Shown in pieces: positions 41,465 to 51,790 of a stretch of DNA of 64,000 bases. This stretch comes from Camelus ferus. Taxonomy: Eukaryota. Each line of letters opens with the position of its first letter. Within the stretch, counting starts at the first letter, position 1. The stretch lies in the NCBI RefSeq assembly GCF_009834535.1, contig NC_045697.1, positions 116,066,001-116,130,000 of the forward strand. Direction: 5' to 3'. A model generated the notes under the pieces. It had not been told where the DNA came from. It saw only the letters and a program-made list of their open reading frames with translations, and made no database searches. Position numbers and translations under genes: made by a program.

Positions 41465-42010
41465 TTCATTCGTCTACTGAATTACTGGTCAAGTATTTAC
41501 TGACCTACCGCCGTGACCAGGTCCTGCTATAGGAGCGAGTTACCCGGGCAAGGACTCCGGTAACAAGCAACGAGGCAGGTGTCAGTCGGTAGCTGAGAGA
41601 CAATAAAGGTGGGAGACGTAGTGGACGGTGTGGTTGGGGGAGGGGGGCCGTCTTAGACCAGGTGTCAGTTGGTAGCTCAGAGATGCAGGTGTCAGTCGGT
41701 AGCTCAGAGACAATAAAGGTGGGAGACGTAGTGGACGGTGTGGTTGGGGGAGTGGGGCCGTCTTAGACTAGGCACCTGGGACTGAGTGAGGGACATTTGA
41801 GATGGGAGGTGAATAAACACAAAGGACCCAGCCAGAGATCTGGGGGCAAGCTCTACAGATGGGAGGAACAGAGGGCACCAGCCCTTAGGGAGGAGAGCGG
41901 AGGGTGCTCAGGAAGCTGGAGAAGGTCAAGGTAACTGGAGGGCAGGAGAGTGAGGACGGCCGAGGGGAGAGAGGACAAAGGAGCTCAGAGTTGGAGGAGC
42001 CAATCCTACT
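41465..42010 (-). mobile_element. L2 remnant containing a local duplication
   Basis: ttcattc...caagtatttactgacctac..g..ccagg terminal motif; gacatttgagatggga motif. Confidence 0.5.
41575..41768. repeat. Direct duplication: two 84-bp copies with a partial third copy between them
   Basis: 41575-41658 and 41685-41768 differ at 2 positions; the spacer 41659-41683 repeats the first ~25 bp. Confidence 0.92.
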
Positions 42011-42171
42011 GAAAAGTAGGCAATGCAGCCACTGGGCAATTAACACGACCCAAAGATGCTTTATAAATCCTTCTGTTGGGGTGGTGGGGGAGACACGTCA
42101 GGAAGGAGGGAGTGAGGTGTGCCCTCAGGACCACAGCAAACACACTAATGATGGACTTTCAAAATCTAATC

Positions 42172-42878
42172 TGTTTGGTCCAGCCATTATGGAGAACAGT
42201 ATGGGGATTCCTCAAGAAACTAAAAGTAGACTCACCCTATGACCCAGCAATCCCACTCCTGGGTGTATGTCCAGAGGGAACCCTAACTCAAAAAGACACC
42301 TGCACCCCAATGTTCACAGCAGCACTATTTACAATAGCCAAGACATGGAAACAGCTTAAACGTCCATCGACAGATGACTGGATAAAGAAGCTGTGGTATA
42401 TTTGCACAATGGAATACTACTCAGTCATAAAAAAGAATAAACGGATGCCATTTGCAGCAACATGGATGGGCCTGGAGATTATCATTCTAAGTGAAGTAAG
42501 TCAGACAGAGAAAAAAATATATCATATGATACCACTCATATGTGGAATCTAAAAAAGAAAAGACACAAATGAACTTATTTACAAAACAGAGACAGACTCA
42601 CAGACATAGAAAACTTAAGGCTCCCAGGGGGTAAAGGGGGTGGGGAGGGATAAATTGGGAGTTTGAGATTTGCAGATACTAACTACTATATATAAAACAG
42701 CTAAACAACAAGTTCATACTGTATAGCACAGGGAAATATATTCAGTATCTTGTAGTAACCTAGAATGAAAAATATGAAAACAAATATATGTATATATATG
42801 TATGACTGAAATATGATGCTGTACGCCAGAAATTGACACAACATTGTAAACTGACTAAACTTCAATAAAAAAAAAAAA
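42172..42878 (+). mobile_element. 5'-truncated L1 (ORF2 C-terminus, 3' UTR, poly(A))
   Basis: Uninterrupted frame LVQPLWRTVWGFLKKLK..YDPAIPLLG..DTCTPMFTAALFTIAKTWKQ..WIKKLWYICTMEYYS to the stop at 42552; AATAAA and poly(A). Confidence 0.95.
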
Positions 42879-44289
42879 TGGAGAAAAGGAAACCCTGATG
42901 GTACCTAGAGGGGCCTCTGTAATCAACTGTTTAACTTTCTCAAAAGATAAAAATCCCGCCTGTATGAAGTACCATGAGGGTGGCTGGTTATGTCATGATT
43001 GCTACAACACTCCAGTAGTTAGTTCTGGCCTCCTGTTAATCATGCGGGTGCCTGACCAAGTCTCTGAGGAACAAGAAGTCAGATGATAAAAACACTCAAG
43101 TTATTACAGAGTGCAAATGTATTCAATATTCTAACAAAATGAATATTTATTTTGACCAAATACCTAACCAGCGATTAGCATCAGGAGGTCATAAATTATC
43201 ATATGAAATTGTGGAAAAACTACACGACTAGTTCCAAGTGGTTTGCGTGACACACGAAAATCATTTTGCTTCCTTTGTAGCTCAGTGTCCTCACCAGTGT
43301 AGACGCAGCAAGGTCCGTCCTACCCGCCTCACAAGACAGATCTGAGACTGGAGAGCCACTGGGAAAGAGCCCTAGTAACGTAAAGGGCTGTGCAAGTGAC
43401 AGTCTGGGTATAAAAGCACCACTACAGACCTGAAGGACTTTCAGGGATTCATTTAGCATAATCTTATTTCATGACTGTGGAACCACGTTGAGAAAAGTGA
43501 ACTAGGAATGGCACTGTTAAAACTAGAATCCAGACTGTGCTTTCATGTAACAGAAAAAAAATTAATTTGAATAGTTTCCAAATTATCTACAATGTAAACT
43601 GTTGCATTAATATTTTTAACAAGTATTCTGAAGAAAATACTACAAGGGAAAGCAACCTGGAGTTCATCGCTAGTGATCTATTATGCTGTGGAAACCATAA
43701 TTAACACAAGATGAATTTTAACCCCAATTCCACAATTTACGTATATTACAACAATTGCTTCTAGAAGCGCATGTAACTTTCATGATGCTAGAGGGTCGGG
43801 GTCCCGCCACGTAAGGACACAGGCAAGCACCTTTATTTGCCAGGTTTTGGCCTTGAATTACACGCAAGGCCTTCAAATGCAGTCTGACCTTCCACATAAT
43901 CCATATTGATATTCTTTCTAAACAGAATGTCTGAATGTCTAAAACTTCATAGCATCCAAAATCCCTAGCCAGCTTGTGCCAGAAATTTTTTGCTGCCTAG
44001 GTGAATAATATTTATTTCCGTATTTTATGTAAATGTTAAAGAATTACATGACTCATAACAAAATTCTGATAATTAATCACGTTAATCCCAATTTATCCTT
44101 GGGGTTGCTAATGTAAATAGTCGGGGGTGGGTGGCGGCTAGCTCCTTACCGCCTTCAGTCTTCATGCCCTACCCAATTTCATCTAAGTTTATCTAGGCGT
44201 CGGGAGAAAAACCTTCCCCAGGTGAAACAGCGATGTGCTCATTCTGATGTCTGCCTATGTCTGCACCACTGTACTTTTTATTACCTCAA

Positions 44290-45120
44290 CTCATCACACA
44301 TTCAGTAAATGCTTATTAAATGGCTTTTGCATGGTAAACATATTCTAGACGCTCCAGATAAAGTGCTGAATGTCACAGATGGAGTCTCTCCTCTCGGGAG
44401 GCTTACGTTACAATGGGGAGAGACGTAATACATAAGCAGTAAAAGCATAAACAACAAGAACATAAAGATCATCATAAACGCCTGACCGATTAATTTTTAG
44501 TATGTGGTGTAACAGAAATGCGTGAGTGGCTACTCTGAAGTGGCCTGCCGGACCAGGGATCTGAGGGTCAAGGAGCCAGTCAGGTGAAGGTCACAGAAGA
44601 CTGAATTTAGGTGCAAAAAACCCAAAACCAAAACCAAAAAAACCCCAAAAAACCCCAACTAGTGGGAAGACCGCACGGCTTGGTCTGTTAAATGAACCAA
44701 AGGAAGGTCAAGGCATGGGGGTGGGGCAGGAGAGCAGGGAAGATGAAACCAGTCGTGCACAGCTCTGCAGGGGGTGCAGATTTTATGCCAAGTGGCTGGA
44801 AGGTTTTCAAAGAAATGACACAGTCCAGTTCCTAATTTTTAGCATAAGCTGGGTTGCTGTGGGAAGAATGGCGTGGAGAAGGCAAGTGCCAGGAGTCCCT
44901 GGCACCGGCCCAGGCGAGAAGATGATGCTGGCAATCACGGAGGTGGCGGGAGGACAAGGAACTCAGGCTGAGGACGGAGGAACAAACAAGACTTGCCGAG
45001 GAACACGGAGCCCAGGGCAACCTGAAGGACCACAGAAGATCCGTAGGTTTGGGGCTTTAATACTTAATAGATGGTAATGCCAAGGATGGGGAGAAGGGGA
45101 GAACTGGAGGACCCTAAGGG
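44290..45120 (-). mobile_element. L2 remnant
   Basis: cattcagtaaatgcttattaa terminal motif followed by purine-rich L2-like body; approximate bounds. Confidence 0.55.
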
Positions 45121-45250
45121 TTCGGTGCCTGTGTGGTTGGTTGGGTTTATGTTTTTGGTGGTGCCTGTGGAGCACTCGGAAATTATATGTTAGCCACGTC
45201 AAATCCAAGCTGACGACATCCATGTCATGGTATCTTGTGGGCAATGGAAT

Positions 45251-45354
45251 TTTTTTTAATTGAGGTACACTCAGTTACAATGTGTCAATTTCTGGGGTAC
45301 AGCACTGTGTCCCAGTCATCCATATACATACATACATTCGTTTTCATATTCTTT
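45251..45354 (-). mobile_element. Short L1 3'-end fragment
   Basis: Reverse complement of the L1 terminal ~100 bp; short possible TSD tggaat. Confidence 0.8.
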
Positions 45355-45644
45355 TGGAATACACAGTCTTGGATTTCATGAGAATCAAACAATGGATGTC
45401 TGGTTTTGGGGTAAAAACACTGTAAAAGTTTTCTCATTAAGTGCTTCCAGGTTAATATATACAAAAATAATAATAAATGATGATCGAGATGATTATGATA
45501 ATGAAGAGGATATTTTGCTGTATACTGTGATGGGGTGATGATTCTTGAAGTCAACAAACAGATGGGTCATAAGAGGTAGAAGGTCTCGAGTTTTCTGTTC
45601 TCTTGAGCTAAGCCATTAATGTAAAGGTGTTAGATACATACTAG

Positions 45645-45690
45645 CAAAAACAAAAACAAAAACAAAAACAAAAACAAAAACAAAAAAACA
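45645..45690. repeat. (CAAAAA)n hexanucleotide repeat
   Basis: Read directly; lies immediately 5' of a SINE. Confidence 0.9.
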
Positions 45691-45698
45691 ACGTAGTT

Positions 45699-45830
45699 GG
45701 GGATATAGGTCAGTGGTAGAGTGTGTGCTTAGCATGCATGAGGGTTCTTCGTTCAATCTCCAGTGCTGCCATTAAATAAATAAACAAACAAACAAACAAA
45801 CCTAATTACCTACCCACCCCTTGAAAAAAA
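45699..45830 (+). mobile_element. tRNA-derived SINE (vic-1-like, diverged)
   Basis: ggggatataggtcagtggtagagtgtgtgcttagcatgc head; cctaattacc motif; A tail. Confidence 0.85.
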
Positions 45831-46737
45831 GTAGCCCCAGAGGAATGAATAATAGAACTCATTTATATTTTAAAGTAAAGTTCGCTTCAACTTCTCTGAT
45901 TTGGCTCATAGACTCTCTTAAAGAATGTGAGAAATACCTAGCACCTCCTCCTCACGTACAAACCTAATAAAAGTCCAGGTGAGACGAACTTGGCTAGATG
46001 TGCGCCACTGGACAGGGGCCTCCGTAAATAAAGTCTGCTCCTCCACGCTTTCAATTTTATCAACAGGATTAGCAAACCCCCGCAGATAGAAAGCTACTTC
46101 CTTTTACATCTCAATTCGTGGGACTCACTTAAAGACCAGAACCAAGACAAACTAAAGAGTAACCAAGACACCGATAACAAACCACGTCAGGCAAACCAGA
46201 GGTCTTCCCTCGAAGGCCATGGTCTTCTCTGTTATCCTCTGATGCATTAAACCAGCTGTCTTCATATCAAAGTAGATATATGTGTGCCTTCACATATGAC
46301 TGAATGGGGCTTATTTAATGTAGTCTACCAACTATGGGAAACTGGGGGATGAGAAACATATTCCAATTACGGAAAACTGGAGAAGGAAAAATGAAAAGTA
46401 TCGAAGGTGGAAAAACAATCTCTGGTCCAGGTAGAGAGAGTAAATTGAGAGACACCTTTCATTCCAAAGTGAATAACTGGCTTCCGAGGTGTAAGGATGG
46501 GAAAGCTGATATGCTACACACTTGCCAAGAATTCTATACATTCCATATATCCCAGTCACCGATGGGTCAGATCTCTAAGATGTTCTGAAGTGAACGGACA
46601 ACAAAAAAGTAAGATGTGATCACCTTTAATGCAGGAAAGGGGGTAAGGGGTATGGATCTGAATGAGCACCTGAGAAGTCAGGTAGGACATACCCCCACAG
46701 GGACACTGCTTCACTAATCTCAGTGCACATGACTGGC

Positions 46738-46776
<39 letters not shown>

Positions 46777-46782
46777 ACGTGC
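46738..46782. repeat. (TG)n(CG)n alternating purine-pyrimidine tract
   Basis: Read directly from the sequence. Confidence 0.95.
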
Positions 46783-46856
46783 CAGGGAGGAACAGCTAAC
46801 TACATCCTATGTATTTCTAACCCAAATCCACCTTAGGGTGGTTAGTTACTAGGTAC

Positions 46857-47087
46857 CTTAGGAAAAATTCTGGAAGTGTTCAACTTCACAATTCCTGGAG
46901 GCTCCTTGGGATGATGTGTGTAAGAAGACGCTATGGAAGTGTCCCCCTCCAAGTCGGCGGGGAGACAAGGGAACACTTGGGCGACGAGGTTAAGCTGATC
47001 AGGTCGGTGCGCTCCTGTGTCAGAGAAGGGCAGCAGGGACTCTCCCAGCTCATCTGGGGCAAATAGTTCTGGAGGAAGAATGGCCAT
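46857..47087 (-). CDS. Candidate alternative first coding exon of RAPGEF2 (77 aa, MAILPPELFAPDELGES...TSRIFPK)
   Basis: Strong Kozak context (agaATGG); 231-nt open frame; AAG|GTACCT phase-0 donor compatible with exon 26662-26793; not recognisably repeat-derived. No transcript evidence. Confidence 0.45.
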
Positions 47088-48785
47088 TCTGGTGGACTTG
47101 CTATGGGAAGCCGGAAGAGGAGCCAACACACCAGGTTTGGGAGCTCTGATGCCCCTTCCCAGTAAAGAAACTTCAGCCAGAAGTTGGTCACTTTTTAAAA
47201 TTGAAATATATATGATTTCACTGAGAAACAGCCTAACATAAAATATGTTACACTTAGCACGTAAGAATTTTGGAGCTAACACCTCTTCTGGCACTGATTC
47301 TCAATTTTTCCTGCATGTGAATTTTGGGGGGAGGGAGCATGAACTCATGGCTGAAGAATCTGCCAACTGCTTGAATCGCGCAGCGGAGAAGCGTCACCGA
47401 GGAGCTGGGAATCTGAGTCACTTAATATCAGGCTTCAGCTAAATTCTTAAATGGTTACATAACACCACTAATTTTTAAGAACAAGAAAGGGTTTTTTTAA
47501 AAATGTCAGGGCGTTAGGATTTCCTCTGTTTTTCTCACTACAAAAATGTCTTGTCGGACCCTTCCAACGTCTATGTGTCTGTTCCTTATTGTTCTCCTCT
47601 TGAAGAATGAAAGCTCTCAGCATCCTCGGACAGATGCCCATTATCCACCTGACTCTCCAAGATGATGTCTTTCTGGAGGCTAACAACTCCTCTCCGTGAT
47701 AATACTGCACGTTTACAAAATAAGGGAAAATACGAAGAAAATTCCACTGCAGTCGTTAAAATATCACTCGAATCCCAGTGGATTCACACATCATCAAACA
47801 ACTGAATTAAAAATGACGAACCAAGCTTCAAACCCCGGATGCTTCACACCGTGCAGATAACACGTTTGAAGGAATAACAAAAGTTTTCACTCAAGCTTTG
47901 ACATCCTGACATGAAGCAGACACAAATTTTAAATTTGGGGAAATGAAGAGAGAACATTTTTGAAAATCAATTTTTAAAAACCCTTTTGAACCTGTACACG
48001 ATTATTTCCCCCAGATTAGCTGTAGTAAAATTAGAAAAACAAACATGTAAGTTCTATGCTTATGATTAAGCGAAGGCATCCTTTGGTGAAAACAAGTGTC
48101 ACCGACCAGTAACATTAATTTGCTTAAAGCTGCAAGAGCTTTTTTTCCTAGAATTTTAAAAGAGGTGAAAAAAAAAAAAAAAAACAGATGAAAGAAAATA
48201 TTATCATAACTTAATATGTAACACTGTGTCTAGAGCAACAAGAAAGCAAATGACCACGTTCCTCTTACATGCTCAGCATTAAATTATCTTTTCACGAAGC
48301 AAAAGGCATTTTTTGAACCGATAAAGCAATATGTACAGTAAAGAGGTACAGAATTCCCACATCCTGGCCTTTAAATTGCAATTCTTATAAGCAAGCAGCC
48401 TTTAGGAACCCCATAATGACTATTTTAAATCCCCGGAATCACGTCGCAACAGAAAAACGCTGTGGAGCATAATGCATCGTGGCATATTTAAATATGACCC
48501 CAAATTCCGTGCTTCTATAATCTATATTAAGTTGTGAGCAGATAAAGGCATTTCTACCTTGCTCGGTTCTCTAAGCAAAGGTTAACCAGAAAGGCCAGCC
48601 CTAGGAAGAAACAGAATACATACCATGATAGCCTCTTTCGTTAGAAACGGCAAGAAGAACAGATTTAAATTAAGACTTGGTGTATAAAAGCTGAAAGCAT
48701 AGAATTTGTATCCACATAATGAACTGATGTCTCCTCTAAAGACGTCAGATTGCTGTTCAGCTAAACTATCTAAAAATACCTCCTT

Positions 48786-48817
<32 letters not shown>

Positions 48818-49486
48818 GAAATGACTACAAAGACAGGTCTACTAAGCAGCTCTGCTTGCACAAAATCACTTAATAAGTGGGGAACATTTTTAAAGTACTT
48901 GTGAAAAATTTAATAGGCATTTTTCTTAGCAACTGTGATCTTTTATGAGCTATTCTGAAAACCAGTACCAATTTGAAAAAAAAACAGTCAATGATGGATG
49001 GTAAAGCCGACCATCATCGATCCAAGATGTTCAATCATGTTCTATGAACTTGAAATTAGAGAAAGAAAAACACATCTCTGAACCATGGTCAACATTCTGC
49101 TTGAAAACCAAAAAGGGGAAACCCTCTGATTGAAAATCAGGAATCTAACTCATGGAAGCTATAGTGTGTCAGCCCCTGCCCCAGGTGTGGAATCCCCACA
49201 AACACTCTATGAAGTAGGCATCAGCAACAGCGCTCTGTGGACTAGGAAAACTGGTCCAGAACATTTAAGTAATCTGCTTGATGCCACACAGCTACAAGGA
49301 AGGGGCAGGACCGTACGCCACGTGTGACTGACCCTGGATGTCATAATCTAACGTCAATAACTGACAGTCACATAGGCTTTACAGTTTGCAAAAAGACTCT
49401 GAAAACTTTAACCCTTTTTATATTTTCCTTATTTAAACCTCAAGTTTTTCATGTGCCAAATGCAGAAAATCTCATTTTGTTCCTAG

Positions 49487-49593
49487 CTTTTGTTTTTGTT
49501 TTTGTTTTTGTTTTGCTCTGTTTTTAGAGCAGAGAAAGGTTTATTGCAGGGCCAAGCAAGGACAGGCAGTTTGTGCTCAAACACCTGAACTCC
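49487..49593 (-). mobile_element. Polyadenylated LTR-like fragment (retrocopy)
   Basis: About 70 bp of ERV-LTR-like sequence with AATAAA (49540-49545 on the minus strand) followed 14 nt later by a degenerate poly(A); cctag on both flanks. Confidence 0.55.
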
Positions 49594-51174
49594 CCTAGTA
49601 TTGTTTTGATGACTGGAGAAAATAATACACGTAAAGCATTTAGCAAAATAATGTAACTATTACTGCAATCATTAAAAACCTTCAAAACAACATGGTGAGA
49701 GGGGCTAGCACTGTGATTGTGATCTCCACTTCGAATCGAGAAAACAAACTTCACAAAGTTAAACGACTTGCCTACAGTTGCAAAGTTAGTCAACCTCAGA
49801 ACGAGGACTCAAAGCAAGGTCCCCGTACGTAAAGCATTTTATTGTTGTCCTACACAAAAAACTTGGCTGGGAGAGTTCCTTCCTTTCTATTTCTACAGGG
49901 AAAGGGTCAGTTGAAATCAAGATTTTGCTTAAAGGTCCTCATCACGTGCGTGAAGATGACTGCACTGGGGGCGGCAATGAGTGAGCTCGGCTCCAGGGAC
50001 AGTTCAATGTGCATCCCTCGTGCCCTCTAGCTCCAGCTAACACTTCAAAGCCACTCATGAACTTTATTATAAAGCAGCTAACGGCAGTATCTTTTCCCAC
50101 AGCATCTTTGGATAGCACTGGCAGGAGGGAACAGAGTGAAAACAGAAAAGAAATCACGTACAGTCATGTGTACACCTGAGGTTAACAAAGCCAGTACTTG
50201 ATTCATCCACTTCGAAGGATGTCCTGTCACTCTGCCCAGGACACGGCCCCGCCCATCTCCCTACTTACAGAGAACGGATACCCAACCCGGGGCCATCAGC
50301 ACGGCCAACACAAGACTGTTCTCAGCGCACGGAGGGCCATGCGCGTTGGATTTCAGGTCACTTCGTTACAGGTTAAAGCACCACTTTCCACAAGTTATGA
50401 TCATATTCCACGGTCCCAAGAACAGGTGTTAAAGTGATGCAAGTTAAAGAAATGTCAAAATTGTAACGAAGGTGGACCCAGTTATTATTCATATCTGTAT
50501 TTTAAATGGCTGAGACAATGCTGCTAAGTCTGTCTGTCTGAGAACTCTTTCTCTGGCTATCGGCTAAAATTAGCTCCTTATAAATCAGTATCTAACAAAT
50601 TAAGAGACTATTAACATCATTCACCAGCAAGTCAAAAACAGGATTCTTTCCTATATTCAAGTCTAGTATCAGAGTAATATGAGAGAGCTCTGGAGAACCA
50701 CACAGATGGGAATTCTCAGATAAGCACCAAGACCTTCCTGTAAAAAGTTGAATTAACAAGGGGAAACTTTCATGTAACGAGGTAGAATAATTCTTCAACA
50801 CAAAATGGTATTCTTGCAATGTGGGCCAAGCTTCAAGGGGGACAAAATATATTGCTTTTATTTCCTTCAAGATCAAAGGACTCTGTATTTTATGCTAGGC
50901 ATGGCAGTTACCACATAACATATATGAAATCCCTCTGAAACGTACCCTAAAGGAAATCAGCACTGAACGTAGGGGTTGGAGTCACCTGTTCTCAGACTTC
51001 CCGACAAGAATTAGAACCCACAGGACGCGTAGAAGACAAGGAAATGGGGCATCCCTGAAATAATATACTTGGAGCAATTTAGGCACCTCTTGTAGCTTCC
51101 AGAAGAGATCCCCACGTGCACACGTGTGTATGTGTGTGCATGTGTGTGTGTGTGTCTACATGCACAACAAAGGA

Positions 51175-51790
51175 CTGCCACTGGCTCCCCTGTGTCTTAG
51201 CTGTATGACTTCGGGAAAGTTACCTGACTTCTCTAAGCCTTGATTTCTTTGTGTCTAAAAAGAGGACCCCTACTTATATTGTTGTGAGGATCACATGATA
51301 ACATACGAGAAGTATTTAGAACTCTGCCTAAGAGGACAGGAAGCCTTCAACTGTAGCTAATGACACTATTGCTTTTTTTTAAGGGCGGGGGGGGCTGTAA
51401 TACTGAATTAGTAAACAGAAAGCTGCTTGCTGAGCATGGAATTGTAGAGTAAAAAAGAAAATCAACTTAAGGACGTGTCATCTAAGCAGAGGGAAAACCT
51501 AACACACAGCCTCTGACCCACCTGCAAGGCAGATTTCATCTTCCTTACCTCCTGGATAAGCAACATCTTTTTAAAAATTTAAGAACTGTTCTTATTATGG
51601 GCCATGAATTACTCTAAGCACTTTACAGACGTACCTCTGATCTCCTCACGACCCTATTATCTCCATTTTACAAATGAGGATTCTGTGCCATAGAAAAACT
51701 AAACAACGTAGCTACTAGGGTCACTTGGCAAGTCAGGGCCAAGTCAGAACACAGCTCTGACCACGAGGCTACGGTGCTCACCAATCCCTT
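51175..51790. mobile_element. MIR remnants (~51175-51370 plus; ~51590-51790 minus)
   Basis: tagctgtatgacttcgggaaagttacctgacttctctaagcct and ctccattttacaaatgagga cores. Confidence 0.65.

Noticed and set aside
41575..41768. CRISPR-like repeat-spacer pattern
   Set aside because: Eukaryotic intron, the 'spacers' are copies of each other, and there are no cas genes; it is a local duplication.
42076..42552. 158-aa ORF as a host gene
   Set aside because: It is the L1 ORF2 C-terminus in a 5'-truncated copy. The same applies to 37858..38304.
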